The position numbers were made by a program, and so were the translations under genes. Positions 6,590-16,461 of a stretch of DNA of 17,207 nucleotides are shown here, in pieces. Source of the stretch: Thermostichus sp. DRC_bins_24 (GTDB lineage Bacteria > Cyanobacteriota > Cyanobacteriia > Thermostichales > Thermostichaceae); NCBI GenBank assembly GCA_039794845.1, contig JAUQVK010000088.1:1-17207 (forward strand), given 5' to 3'. How positions within the stretch are numbered: the first letter of the stretch is position 1; each line of letters begins with the position of its first letter. The notes under the pieces are model-generated. The model was not told where the DNA came from. It made no database searches and worked only from the letters and a program-made list of their open reading frames with translations.

Positions 6590-6899
6590 TCCCGCACCCT
6601 ATAGGATGGGCGTCGGGATGAAAGCCGAGTGAGCCAAAGGCAAACAAATAAGGCAAACAAATATTGCATAATGACATCCAATGATTTTTCATCGGTTCCG
6701 CGCCGACACCTGGAGTAGACACCCACAGCAGGAAGACGCTTCCAAAGTTGAAATGTGGATGGCCAAAATAGCAAGCCTTCTTTGAGGAGAAAAAACCAGC
6801 AGTGAGGCCGGGCGTCTTCCTCACTCTAAAAAGCTTGAATCGGCTAACCAGAGGTAAAGCTCGCGCCGTAGGCTTGCATCAGTGTCGGGAGTACGTCAC
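6590..6899 (+). mobile_element. Internally deleted IS200/IS605-family remnant (PATE-like); left boundary approximate
   Basis: Two related imperfect hairpins in direct orientation, both ending GTCGGGA (6590-6618 and ~6860-6890). The second is followed by GTACGTCAC, and TCAC is a typical right-end tetranucleotide. Weak decayed tnpA-like traces (NDF..SV…HL…RKTL) appear from ~6671. There is no intact transposase. Confidence 0.55.
6637..6662 (+). repeat. 13-bp tandem duplication (AAGGCAAACAAAT x2)
   Basis: 6637-6649 is identical to 6650-6662. Confidence 0.9.
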
Positions 6900-7702
6900 A
6901 AACCCGTGTACAGCCAAAGGGGCAAGCCAGAGGTGATCACATCGAAATGTAGACGCGCCAATGCATCACCCCCTGGGAGAACACGGGCCAAGCCCATACG
7001 CCGTGGGATCAAATCATAAAACTTCGTATCCGGTTCCAACCCAGCCAGCTCGGCTGCCCACAGACGGGCATCTTCTTCCGTTCCCAGACGATCGACAACA
7101 CCCAAATTGAGGGCCTGTTCCCCGCTGAAAATGCGACCATCGGCAAAGCTTCTGACAACGTTCAAACTCAGCTTCCGGGCCGTAGCAACCGTCTGCACAA
7201 ACTGGCTGTAGGTAATGTCAATCAACTCTTGCAAGATGTTTCGCTCTTCTGAAGTCAGCTCACGATCAAAGGAGAGAATATCTTTATAGGGGCCGGACTT
7301 GATCACCTTAAACGAAATCCCTACCTTATCCAGAAGGCGTTCGATGTTATTGCCCCGAATGATGACACCAATGCTGCCGGTGATCGTGCCTGGGTTAGCG
7401 ATAATTTTTTGGGCTCCCATGGCGATGTACACCCCTCCAGAAGCAGCAATGTTCCCAAAGCTGGCGATGATGTGGGTCCCTTTCTGTTCCCGCAGTCGCA
7501 AAAGGGCATTGTAGATTTCCTGAGAATCTGCCACCGTGCCACCAGGGCTATCGATACGCAGTACCACCGCAGGAATGTGTTTTTCCTCCACCTCTTTCAA
7601 AGCCTTCAAGACACGTTCTCGAGTTTTGCCATCAATGGCCCCATTCACCTCAATGCGACCAATTCGCCGCCGCAAGCCACCCAAGAAGAATCGCTTTAGC
7701 AT
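6896..7702 (-). CDS. sppA: Signal peptide peptidase SppA (S49, short form)
   Basis: RIDSPGG, AASGGVY, TGSIGV, KSGPYKD and ADGRIFSG motifs. Confidence 0.95.
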   Translation of the reverse strand: MLKRFFLGGLRRRIGRIEVNGAIDGKTRERVLKALKEVEEKHIPAVVLRIDSPGGTVADSQEIYNALLRLREQKGTHIIASFGNIAASGGVYIAMGAQKIIANPGTITGSIGVIIRGNNIERLLDKVGISFKVIKSGPYKDILSFDRELTSEERNILQELIDITYSQFVQTVATARKLSLNVVRSFADGRIFSGEQALNLGVVDRLGTEEDARLWAAELAGLEPDTKFYDLIPRRMGLARVLPGGDALARLHFDVITSGLPLWLYTGL

Positions 7703-7788
7703 GGAGAAGAATTTGATAAGTCCGTATTTTGTATCATGAATGGCGGCTTACGGCTTGGTCAATGGCCGTTTGCGTCGATCTATGCATC

Positions 7789-9174
7789 CTAAAGGGGGCG
7801 ATGTCTGTCGAACCATCGCATTAGCATGGCAGCCAGCCGTTCTGGATTGTGACGGACCAAACCTGTCTCAGGGTCCTCCTGCATCACATTGGCCAAAACC
7901 GCACGACAGCCAAGGTAGGCAAGTTTATCCGGGTCGAGGAGGACAAACTCAGAGCCGCTGCGCCGGTAATGGTTGAGCGCCCGCTCAGAAGGTAGCTCTC
8001 GCTGGACCAATACCCCGTCGAAGAGGCGGATCCCGGCCACTCGATCCAAAGCCATGACATGATCCCCAACCGTGTAGCCATCCGTTTCACCCGGTTCGGT
8101 CATGATGTTGCATACATAGATGTGGGGAGCGGTGTTTTTGGCGATGGCCTCGACAATTTCGGGTACCAAGAGATTGGGAATCACGCTGGTGTACAGGCTC
8201 CCCGGCCCTAGAACCAAAAATTCTGCCGCCTGAATCGCCTCGATCACCTCCGGTAGGGCTGGAGGGTTGGGTGGGTCACAGCCAATCCGGTAGATTTGCC
8301 CACCGGCCTTGGCAATGTTCGACTCCCCCACCACTCGACGGCCATCCTTGAGTTCCGCCCACAGGGTGACATCTGCGAGGGTTGCAGGCAACACCCGACC
8401 CTGAATCGCCAACACCTGAGAGGTGGCAGTGATGGCCCGAATCAGGTCACCCCCGGTTACTGCAGTCAGAGCGGTAATGAAAAGGTTGCCAAAGCTATGC
8501 CCTACCAGCCCATCTCCCGATTGGAAGCGATATTGAAACAGCTCCGTGAGCAGTTTTTCTTCGTTGGCCAGGGCCGTCAGACAGTTGCGGATATCCCCGG
8601 GAGGCAACACGCCAATTTCCCGCCGTAGCCGTCCTGAGGATCCCCCATCATCGGCAACCGTTACCACGGCGGTAATGTTGGAGCTGTAGCGCTTTAAGCC
8701 CCGCAGCAGGTGGGAAAGCCCGGTACCTCCCCCCAACACCACAATGCGCGGACCACGGCTGAGACGACGACGGGAGAGAAGCTTATCCACCAGGGCTTCG
8801 TCCCCTTCCGGGATCAGCACATCCTCGATGGAGCGCATGGCACTGCGGAACCCCAACACCACCAGAGCTAAGCCAATCGCGGTCACCAGCGGGCCGCTGA
8901 TGTTGTTCGGGATCCAAGTGGTGATCAGGCGCAGGGTGAAGTCGATGAGCTGTTTGAGGCGAAAAACCGGAGTGAGCTCTGTCCAGATGGCAATGCCCAG
9001 CACCATCAACAGCACGCCCCCGATCGCCACGGTTAGCCAGCGTTTCACTGCAAGACCGGGGGAAAGCCACTTCCACCCGGTTCCGGGCAACCAACGTTGC
9101 CAGGCAAAAAGGCGGCGGCGGGCACCCCAGGGATCCGGCTCTACGCGACTTGGGGGGGTAGCGCGCTTAACCAT
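7789..9174 (-). CDS. yvcK: YvcK/GlmR-family (CofD-like, UDP-GlcNAc-binding) protein with N-terminal membrane segments
   Basis: [35 protein letters not shown] and GPGSLYTS motifs. Confidence 0.93.
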   Translation of the reverse strand: MVKRATPPSRVEPDPWGARRRLFAWQRWLPGTGWKWLSPGLAVKRWLTVAIGGVLLMVLGIAIWTELTPVFRLKQLIDFTLRLITTWIPNNISGPLVTAIGLALVVLGFRSAMRSIEDVLIPEGDEALVDKLLSRRRLSRGPRIVVLGGGTGLSHLLRGLKRYSSNITAVVTVADDGGSSGRLRREIGVLPPGDIRNCLTALANEEKLLTELFQYRFQSGDGLVGHSFGNLFITALTAVTGGDLIRAITATSQVLAIQGRVLPATLADVTLWAELKDGRRVVGESNIAKAGGQIYRIGCDPPNPPALPEVIEAIQAAEFLVLGPGSLYTSVIPNLLVPEIVEAIAKNTAPHIYVCNIMTEPGETDGYTVGDHVMALDRVAGIRLFDGVLVQRELPSERALNHYRRSGSEFVLLDPDKLAYLGCRAVLANVMQEDPETGLVRHNPERLAAMLMRWFDRHRPL

Positions 9175-10147
9175 GGGGGGCGGAGGGAAGGGCAGCCGTT
9201 CCCGCTAGGGTGCTCTCAGGGATCCTGAATTCGGGAACCGGGCCAAAACGGGCTTCCAGCTCCCGCTGGGAATCCAGCAAATGGCGATGGTGCACCTGCA
9301 GACTGAGACGGGGCAAATCCTGTTCAGGGGTAGCAGCCACCCAAGGCTGTAAATCCTGGGCCAACCGTTCTACCAGGGCCACAGAGCGGTGTTGCCCCCC
9401 CGTACAGCCAATGGCAAGGGTCAGGTGAGGCCGCCGCTCCGCCTGGTAGTGGGGCCAAAACTCCTGAATCAGGGAGAAGATGTGCTGATAGGCAGACTGG
9501 GTCACGGGATCGGCGAAGAGAAACTCCTGCAACAGCGGATCTTGCCCGGTCAAGCGACGCAGATGGGGTTCAAAGAAGGGGTTGGGCAAAAACCGCACAT
9601 CGAACATCAAGTTGGCATCGGGAGGGACACCGTACTTAAACCCAAAGCTGATCAGGCTGAGGTTGAGGGGTTGCGGCATCCCTTGGACGAGGGCTTCCAA
9701 CTGCTGGCGCAACTGGTGGCTATTTAGATCCGAAGTATCCAGGAGGTGGGTGCAGCGCTCACGGGCTGGGCGTAGGGCCAGACGTTCTAGATCAATGGCT
9801 TCTAGAAGGCCGCGGGCCGAAAACTGGTGTGGATGGGGGCGGCGGTGGGCGCTAAGGCGGTTGAGCAGCACCTGGGGGCTGGCTTCCATGAACAGGAAAG
9901 GGATCCCTTCCGTTTGGAACCAGGCCTCGAGGGCGGGGAGTTGTTCTAGGTAATCGGGCTGGCGCAGGTTGAGGGTCACCACCAAAGCCTCATGCCGGGG
10001 GCGCATCGCCTCAACCAAAGGGATGACATGGGCGGGTGGGATCCCTTCCAGGCCAACGTAGCCCAACTGCTCCAATTGCTGAACCGCCAGGGTTTTGCCG
10101 GCCCCCGTCAATCCCGCAATCGCCAAAATCGGTGTTGCTGCTCGCAT
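9167..10147 (-). CDS. rapZ: RapZ/YvcJ-family P-loop nucleotide-binding protein
   Basis: Walker [24 protein letters not shown] and [11 protein letters not shown] motifs; overlaps the yvcK start by 8 nt. Confidence 0.93.
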   Translation of the reverse strand: MRAATPILAIAGLTGAGKTLAVQQLEQLGYVGLEGIPPAHVIPLVEAMRPRHEALVVTLNLRQPDYLEQLPALEAWFQTEGIPFLFMEASPQVLLNRLSAHRRPHPHQFSARGLLEAIDLERLALRPARERCTHLLDTSDLNSHQLRQQLEALVQGMPQPLNLSLISFGFKYGVPPDANLMFDVRFLPNPFFEPHLRRLTGQDPLLQEFLFADPVTQSAYQHIFSLIQEFWPHYQAERRPHLTLAIGCTGGQHRSVALVERLAQDLQPWVAATPEQDLPRLSLQVHHRHLLDSQRELEARFGPVPEFRIPESTLAGTAALPSAPHG

Positions 10148-10154
10148 GGATCCT

Positions 10155-10160
10155 ATTGTA
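10155..10160 (-). promoter_or_regulatory. Candidate -10 element directly upstream of rapZ (possible leaderless transcript)
   Basis: TACAAT on the minus strand, separated from the ATG at 10147 by 7 nt. Confidence 0.4.
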
Positions 10161-10236
10161 GGGCTAGGCGGAATGTTATCGGGTTGGTGTTTGAGCCAGG
10201 GTTGCCCAGAGGGTTGGCCTGTAGGCGCTTTGACCT

Positions 10237-10938
10237 CTAGGAAGGGATCTGAAGTTTACTTTTGTTACTTTTGCCCTGGGTGCTTGCCGGTTGAATGAGG
10301 GGGGCAGTGGGGCAAAGATCTGCCAAAAAACACTGATCACACTTGGGCCTGCGGGCCTCACAAATGGTGCGCCCGTGATCGATGAGGCGGATTGACCAGT
10401 TTTCCCAATCCGGCTGGGGTAGGAGCTGCATCAGGGCTTTTTCAATGCGCACGGGATCCGCCTGGTCGGTTAACCCGAGGCGGCGGCTAAGCCGTTTCAC
10501 ATGGGTATCGACGGTTACCCCAGCATTGATGCCAAAGGCATGGGCCAGAACCACATTGGCAGTTTTGCGGGCCACCCCAGGTAGGGTGAGCAGCTCGGGC
10601 ATGGTACGGGGCAGTTCACCGCCAAAATCCGTCAGGATCTTCTGGCAAGCCCCCTGAATGTGTTTGGCCTTGTTGCGGTAAAACCCGGTGGAGTGAATCA
10701 GGGCCTCAATCTCCTCTCGGGGGGCTGTTGCCAAGGCCTGGGCATCGGGAAAGCGGCGGAACAACTCGGGGGTGACGCGATTCACCCGCTCATCTGTACA
10801 TTGGGCGGAAAGGATGGTGGCCACCAGCAGTTGCAGCGGCGTCTGGTAATGAAGGGCGCAGGTGGAGTTGGGATAGTGTCGCTTCAGACGAACCAAGATC
10901 TCCACCGCCCGCTGGCGGAGTGTCCGTTTGCCGGCCAT
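10237..10938 (-). CDS. nth: Endonuclease III
   Basis: LSAQCTD, HhH motif LPGVARKTA, VDTHV, and the 4Fe-4S motif C-x6-C-x2-C-x5-C (CEARRPKCDQCFLADLC). Confidence 0.97.
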   Translation of the reverse strand: MAGKRTLRQRAVEILVRLKRHYPNSTCALHYQTPLQLLVATILSAQCTDERVNRVTPELFRRFPDAQALATAPREEIEALIHSTGFYRNKAKHIQGACQKILTDFGGELPRTMPELLTLPGVARKTANVVLAHAFGINAGVTVDTHVKRLSRRLGLTDQADPVRIEKALMQLLPQPDWENWSIRLIDHGRTICEARRPKCDQCFLADLCPTAPLIQPASTQGKSNKSKLQIPS

Positions 10939-10950
10939 GGTGCGCGCCTC

Positions 10951-12048
10951 TCAGCCTGAACCGGTGACGATGGCAATCGTGTCTTTGAAAATCAGCACCA
11001 CCCCCAAGCCCAGGAGCAGCACCAAACCGGTTTGCATGACGCGCTCCTCTAGGCGCTTGGGCAGGCGTTTGCCGCGGATCCCCTCCAGGATCAGGAAGGC
11101 GATGTGGCCGCCATCCAGAGCCGGTAAGGGCAACAGGTTGAGAATGGCCAAGTTGATGCTGATCAGGGCGGTGAAGTTAAACAAACTGGCAGCATCGTCG
11201 CGGGCCAAATCGGCGCCAATCTTGACAATCCCCACCGGGCCAGACACCTGGGTAGCGGTACTTTGGAAGTTCTGCAACAGCTGTCGCAGGCCACTTACAT
11301 TCAACATCACAAGCCGCTGGTAGGCCCCCCCTGCCTCCGAAAAAATCTCCCCTAGGCTTGCGGCTGGACGCAGGATGGTCTCTTGGTTAGGGGCCAAGTT
11401 AACCCCGATCACCACCAACTCTTCGCGGGCCTGCGGCACCACCGTCAGCTGCAAGGGATCCCCCTCGCCCCGCTGGATCTCTAGGGGGATGGGCCGGTTT
11501 TCACTGGTGCGGATCAGCTCCTGAAAGTCGTTCAATGCCGACAGGGCTGCCGTCTCATCCGCCACCGTGCTGTAGTCCTGGTTGGCGGCCCGCAGCACCA
11601 CATCTCCTGCCCGCAGACCAGCCACCTCCGCCGGGCTATCGGGCATCACCTGGGGAATGAGAATGCCGGGATGGATGCGAGCCACCGATGGGATCCCTAT
11701 CGAGGCAAACATCAGCACCAACACCAGGTAGGCAAAGACCAAATTGGCCATGACTCCCGCCCCCATCACCACCAACCGATCCAAGACGGGGCGGTTTTTC
11801 AACAGATCCGGGTCGTTCTTGGGATAGGGACAATCCTCATCTTCATCGGGAAAACCCACAAAGCCCCCCAGAGGCAGGGCGCGAATGGCGTACTCCGTTT
11901 CCTTGCCCTGGTAGCTCCACAGGACCGGGCCAAACCCGAGGGAAAAGCGATTGACGTGGATCCCCTGTAGCTTGGCTGCCGCGAAGTGACCCGCCTCGTG
12001 AACCAGGATTAGGAGGGCGAGAATGGCAATGGAGATAAGGATAAACAT
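10951..12048 (-). CDS. rseP: RIP metalloprotease RseP (M50, PDZ)
   Basis: HEAGH zinc motif, PLGGFV, PDZ-like SPAEVAGL..GD, and NLLPLPALDGG. Confidence 0.95.
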   Translation of the reverse strand: MFILISIAILALLILVHEAGHFAAAKLQGIHVNRFSLGFGPVLWSYQGKETEYAIRALPLGGFVGFPDEDEDCPYPKNDPDLLKNRPVLDRLVVMGAGVMANLVFAYLVLVLMFASIGIPSVARIHPGILIPQVMPDSPAEVAGLRAGDVVLRAANQDYSTVADETAALSALNDFQELIRTSENRPIPLEIQRGEGDPLQLTVVPQAREELVVIGVNLAPNQETILRPAASLGEIFSEAGGAYQRLVMLNVSGLRQLLQNFQSTATQVSGPVGIVKIGADLARDDAASLFNFTALISINLAILNLLPLPALDGGHIAFLILEGIRGKRLPKRLEERVMQTGLVLLLGLGVVLIFKDTIAIVTGSG

Positions 12049-12164
12049 GCGTCGGAAGTTGAGCGGTGCGGAAATAGCCGAATGTCCGGGAGGGGCATCT
12101 GAAGGTCACCCGAAGGAGATCTGCGAGATCTGTACCAGATTAGGAGACCTAACCTGGAGGAGCT

Positions 12165-12407
12165 TCAGAACACCTGTTCCACCTCCAAAATGTCAGGAAT
12201 GCTCTCCCGCAATTTGCGCTCAATGCCCATTTTCAAGGTCATGGTGGAGCTGGGACAGGCACCACAGGCCCCCTGCAAGCGCAGCTTCACCACAGGCCCG
12301 TCAATCTCGACCAGTTCCACATTGCCCCCATCGGCCATCAAGTAAGGACGCAACTCATCCAGCACCTTTTCGATATTGGCAGGGGTCAGTTCCAGTGCTT
12401 GTGCCAT
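12165..12407 (-). CDS. nfuA: NifU C-terminal-domain (Nfu) Fe-S cluster scaffold protein
   Basis: [14 protein letters not shown]…[20 protein letters not shown]. The ATG at 12407 gives an 80-aa single-domain protein. Confidence 0.93.
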   Translation of the reverse strand: MAQALELTPANIEKVLDELRPYLMADGGNVELVEIDGPVVKLRLQGACGACPSSTMTLKMGIERKLRESIPDILEVEQVF

Positions 12408-12641
12408 AGTTGATTTCAGCCTTGTTGGATCTTGATTGTAGCGATTTCTCCACAGGCCACTCAAGCCGGCATCAGATCGCTACCCCTCAGCATAGTCTGC
12501 TTCTTTCCCCTTCTCCTTTTTTTGGGCGATCGGCCAGTCCAAGGGGATCCCTCGAACACAAGTGACTAGAATAAGAAGCAGATTTGCCCACCGCCAGCAG
12601 CATCACCCAAGCACATTCCGAGCAGGGCTGCCTTCGTCGCT

Positions 12642-13763
12642 ATGATAGACGTTCTACTGATCACCATCTTCATGTTGGCCGGGGCTGGCCTTGGGTTTTA
12701 CGGCTTGGATCTGCTGCCTCCCGCCGTTACTCAAGGAGCCAATGTGGAAGGGGCGCGCATCGTCACCAGCGGCTTTGGGGTCCTGGTGGGTCTGGCCCTG
12801 GGATCTGTGGTGCGCTGGAGCTACCGTCGCTTCGAGGCCAACGTGCGCTCGTTGCCGCCGGATGTGCTGATCACCCGCTCGGTGGGGTTGGTGATCGGTT
12901 TGGTGATTGCCAACTTGGCTATGGCCCCGGTGTATTTGCTGCCCCTGCCGCAGGAGCTGAACAACTTTATCGAGCCGCTGGCCTCGGTATTCTTCAGTTT
13001 GTCTTTTGCCTACCTGGGGGTGAGCCTGGCGGATACCCATGGCCCTTCCCTGCTGCGGCTGTTTAACCCCAACTATGCTCTGCAGGCGGCCCTCTGGGCG
13101 GAAGGGAACGTAGTGGCTGCCAGCGCTAAGGTATTGGACACCAGCTCAATCATCGATGGTCGTTTGGCCCAGCTGATCGAGACGGGCTTTCTAGAGGGGA
13201 CCTTGGTGGTGCCTCGTTTTGTGCTGGCGGAATTGCAAACCATCGCCGACAAAGCCGACACCCAGAAGCGGGAGCGGGGCCGCAAAGGGTTGGATACCCT
13301 GCAAGCGCTGCGCCAAGCTTATCCAGAGCGCTTCGTCATTCACGAAACCGACTATCCTGACCTGGCCACCGTAGACGAGAAGCTGGTGCGCCTGACCCAA
13401 ACCGTGGGGGGAACGCTGCTTACCACCGATTTCAACCTGAAGAAGGTGGCGATGGTGCAGGATGTCAAGGTGCTGAACGTGAACGAGCTGGCGGAGGCGC
13501 TGCGCCCCCTCTACATTGCCGGAGACAGCCTTGACATCAAGATCACCCGCGAGGGGAAGGAGCCGGGCCAAGGGGTGGGCTACCTGGATGACGGCACGAT
13601 GGTGGTGGTGGAAGAGGGGCAGCGCTCCGTGGGCAAAACCCGCTCCGTAGTCGTGACCAGCGCCATTCAAACCTCGGCTGGCCGGATGATCTTTGCTCGT
13701 CTTAACCCGTCGGCTGCTCCTACCACTCCTACTCCTCCTGTTAATCCCTCCACAAAAGCCTGA
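12642..13763 (+). CDS. Membrane-anchored PIN/TRAM domain protein (YacL family)
   Basis: Four N-terminal hydrophobic segments, PIN motifs [10 protein letters not shown] and TTDFNL, and TRAM region [20 protein letters not shown]. Confidence 0.92.
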   Translation: MIDVLLITIFMLAGAGLGFYGLDLLPPAVTQGANVEGARIVTSGFGVLVGLALGSVVRWSYRRFEANVRSLPPDVLITRSVGLVIGLVIANLAMAPVYLLPLPQELNNFIEPLASVFFSLSFAYLGVSLADTHGPSLLRLFNPNYALQAALWAEGNVVAASAKVLDTSSIIDGRLAQLIETGFLEGTLVVPRFVLAELQTIADKADTQKRERGRKGLDTLQALRQAYPERFVIHETDYPDLATVDEKLVRLTQTVGGTLLTTDFNLKKVAMVQDVKVLNVNELAEALRPLYIAGDSLDIKITREGKEPGQGVGYLDDGTMVVVEEGQRSVGKTRSVVVTSAIQTSAGRMIFARLNPSAAPTTPTPPVNPSTKA

Positions 13764-13774
13764 GGCTCCTGGTC

Positions 13775-15550
13775 ATGGTGACCTGCTCTCGCCTGAGTGT
13801 GCTCCGACCCGATCCAATTTTTTACACCCAGGATCGGCAGAAGCGCTTTTGGAGCTTTTACTGGGAGGAGGCCGAGAAATATGCCATTCATCCGCAGCAG
13901 ATCCTGAGTGGGCAGCAGCCCTGGGAGCTGGCCAACGCGGGGGAGTACGAGGCCAAGGTTAGCCAGGTATTCGAGAGGGGGGAGCCCTTCCAGTGCCAAT
14001 GTCAGGTGCTCTCCCCCCGCTACAAGTTGCATCTGCATCTTTCCCTCAACCCTGTGCGGGATATGGAAGGGGAGGTGGTGGCCGTCTCGGTGGTGGGCAA
14101 GTTGTTGGGGGCAACCCCTTTTTCCTTGGCCGGACGAGCCAGCAGCTCCGGCAGCCAGCTTAATCCCGTTGTTCCCGATCCGGTGCAGGGGATTACAACG
14201 CAGCTGATGCGCAACATCCGCCATTCCCTCAACATCCGCCAACTCTGTCAACAGACGGTGGATCAGTTGGGGCAACTGTTTGGGGTGGATCGCTGCCTGA
14301 TGGCCCTCTACGAAGTGGGGCACGACTCCCTCACCATTGGCGCTGAGTACCGCCGACACGCCGGGGATCCCTCCCTGCTCAACCAAACCTTGCGTCTGGC
14401 GGATTACCCCCATTTGCTGCAAGCTCTCAAGCAGGAGGAGCCGGTCGAGGCGGGGCGCAATCTGGTGATTGCCATGTCCTACCAGGGCTATGCCAACAGC
14501 CTCCTCTGGTTAGAAATTCTCGACCCCAATGTAGAGCCGATCTGGCAATCGGGCCATATTCAAGTGCTACAAAGCATTTCCACCTATTTGGGCACCGCCA
14601 TCGCCCACGCCATTTTGTTGGATCAAAGCCGTCAACTGGCGACACGCCTGCAGCTGGCCAACCAAACCCTGCGGCAGAAAAACAAGGAGCTAGAACACGC
14701 CCGCGCCCAGGCGGAATCTGCCAACCAGCTGAAGAGCCAGTTTTTGGCCAATACCTCCCACGAGTTGCGCACCCCCTTAAACGGCATGATCGGTTTTATC
14801 AAGCTGGTCCTGGATGGCATCGCCGAAGACCGTGAGGAGGAGCTGGACTTTTTGCGGGAGGCCTATCGCTCCGCCCTGCACCTGCTGGCCTTGATCAACG
14901 ATGTGCTGGATATTGCCAAGATCGAGGCGGGCAAAATGCAGCTGGAGTCGCAGCCTTGCGATCTGAAAGCCCTTTTCAAGGACGTAGAGGCCAAAACCAG
15001 CCTGCAGGCCAGCCAGAAAGGCCTGAAGCTGAGCTTTCATCTGCCTGCCACACCCGATCAGATTTTGCTCTTGGGAGATTACCAGCGGCTGTTGCAGGTG
15101 CTGCTTAATTTGGTGGGCAATGCCATCAAGTTTACCCCCAGTGGCTCGGTGACCGTACGGGCGGACATCATCCCCGGTAACCCCTTCCACGCTCGTATCC
15201 GGGTAATTGATACGGGCATTGGCGTTTCTCTGGAGAAGCAGCAGCGGTTGTTTCAAGCCTTTAGTCAGGTGGATGGCTCCACAACCCGCCAATACGGGGG
15301 CACAGGGTTGGGGCTGGCGATCAGCCAACGGTTGGTGGAGGCGATGGACGGGGAGATGAACTTCTACAGTCTGGGGGAAGGGCTGGGATCCACCGTCACC
15401 TTTACGGTGCCCCTCTACCGCAAGCCACTCTTGAGCGGAGAAGATGGCCAAGCTGCTGCCGACCCACCTGTTTTGGAACCGGTTCGGGAAGAGCGCGAAG
15501 ATACGGATCCTACCCTGGTGCCTTTCCCCAAGCCGCCGACGCGGCGATAA
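13775..15550 (+). CDS. Cytoplasmic sensor histidine kinase (PAS-like, GAF, HisKA, HATPase_c)
   Basis: GAF start IRHSLN…GVDRC, H-box [11 protein letters not shown]-box [15 protein letters not shown] and GGTGLGL. No receiver domain is seen. Confidence 0.92.
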   Translation: MVTCSRLSVLRPDPIFYTQDRQKRFWSFYWEEAEKYAIHPQQILSGQQPWELANAGEYEAKVSQVFERGEPFQCQCQVLSPRYKLHLHLSLNPVRDMEGEVVAVSVVGKLLGATPFSLAGRASSSGSQLNPVVPDPVQGITTQLMRNIRHSLNIRQLCQQTVDQLGQLFGVDRCLMALYEVGHDSLTIGAEYRRHAGDPSLLNQTLRLADYPHLLQALKQEEPVEAGRNLVIAMSYQGYANSLLWLEILDPNVEPIWQSGHIQVLQSISTYLGTAIAHAILLDQSRQLATRLQLANQTLRQKNKELEHARAQAESANQLKSQFLANTSHELRTPLNGMIGFIKLVLDGIAEDREEELDFLREAYRSALHLLALINDVLDIAKIEAGKMQLESQPCDLKALFKDVEAKTSLQASQKGLKLSFHLPATPDQILLLGDYQRLLQVLLNLVGNAIKFTPSGSVTVRADIIPGNPFHARIRVIDTGIGVSLEKQQRLFQAFSQVDGSTTRQYGGTGLGLAISQRLVEAMDGEMNFYSLGEGLGSTVTFTVPLYRKPLLSGEDGQAAADPPVLEPVREEREDTDPTLVPFPKPPTRR

Positions 15551-15556
15551 AACCTC

Positions 15557-16387
15557 ATGCCCTACCCCCGCAAACGGTTTGGCCAACACTGGCTCAAGGA
15601 TGCTTCTGTTCACGAGGCGATTCTAGAGGCTGCCCATTTGGATGGGCTGCAGGTGGGTGTGGATTGGGTGCTGGAGATCGGCCCTGGCACAGGGCAGCTG
15701 ACCCAACGGCTGCTGGCCCGAGGCGCCCAGGTTTTGGCGGTGGAGATTGATCGGGATCTCTGCCGATTGTTGCAAAAACGCTTCGGTGATCAGTCCCATT
15801 TTCACCTGCTGGAGGGGGATTTTCTGCGCCTACCCCTGCCCAAAGAACCGCGCCTCTTGGTGGCCAATATCCCCTACAACCTCACCAGCCCGATTTTGGA
15901 GAAAGTGCTGGGATCCCCGGCCCATCCTGTCCAACAATTCGAGCGCATCGTCCTCCTGGTGCAAAAAGAACTGGCGGATCGCCTTGGAGCGGTTCCCGGC
16001 AGCAAAGCCTATGGAGCCATGAGCTTACGAACCCGCTATCTGGCCGATTGTGAGCTGATCTGCAGGGTGCCCCCCACAGCCTTTCAGCCTGCCCCGAAGG
16101 TGGAATCGGCTGTGGTCCGGCTTACCCCCCGCCCCGCCCCCATCCCCGCCCGGGATCCCCGCTGGTTTAACCGCCTGATTCAGCAGGGGTTCTCCACCCG
16201 TCGCAAAAAGTTGGTGAATGCCTTGGGGGGCTTGGTGGAACGGCAGGCTGTATCGGCTGCCTTGACTCAGCTCGACCTCAACCCCGATGCCCGTGCCGAG
16301 GAGCTGGATCTGCCGGATTGGCTGGCCTTGAGCGATCGGTTGCTGGACTTGCCGGGAAAGCTCACCCCTAACGACGAAAGTAAGTGA
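15557..16387 (+). CDS. rsmA: 16S rRNA m6,2A dimethyltransferase RsmA/KsgA
   Basis: KRFGQHWL, LEIGPG, VEID, VANIPYN and F.PAPKVES motifs. Confidence 0.97.
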   Translation: MPYPRKRFGQHWLKDASVHEAILEAAHLDGLQVGVDWVLEIGPGTGQLTQRLLARGAQVLAVEIDRDLCRLLQKRFGDQSHFHLLEGDFLRLPLPKEPRLLVANIPYNLTSPILEKVLGSPAHPVQQFERIVLLVQKELADRLGAVPGSKAYGAMSLRTRYLADCELICRVPPTAFQPAPKVESAVVRLTPRPAPIPARDPRWFNRLIQQGFSTRRKKLVNALGGLVERQAVSAALTQLDLNPDARAEELDLPDWLALSDRLLDLPGKLTPNDESK

Positions 16388-16461
16388 TAGCCGCGCTACG
16401 TTGAAGAGGGTGGGCCAACTGAGGTTCACGAGAAAGTCCAGAGGTTTGCGGAAATAAGGCT

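Noticed and set aside
6543..6824. 93-aa and 73-aa minus-strand ORFs
   Set aside because: They have no recognisable motifs and non-ATG starts, and they overlap the IS-like remnant on the opposite strand.
12408..12464. Longer N-terminus for nfu
   Set aside because: It uses a non-ATG start and adds a non-conserved-looking extension; the ATG at 12407 gives the typical ~80-aa protein.
13775..15550. Calling the kinase CikA or a phytochrome/cyanobacteriochrome
   Set aside because: There is no C-terminal pseudo-receiver, and the GAF is short without a recognisable bilin-binding CH motif.
13667..15613. Long antisense ORFs (251 aa, 278 aa) and similar ones at 2127-2771, 3141-3701 and 13191-13670
   Set aside because: They are shadow frames of GC-rich genes with strong family motifs on the other strand and have no motifs of their own.
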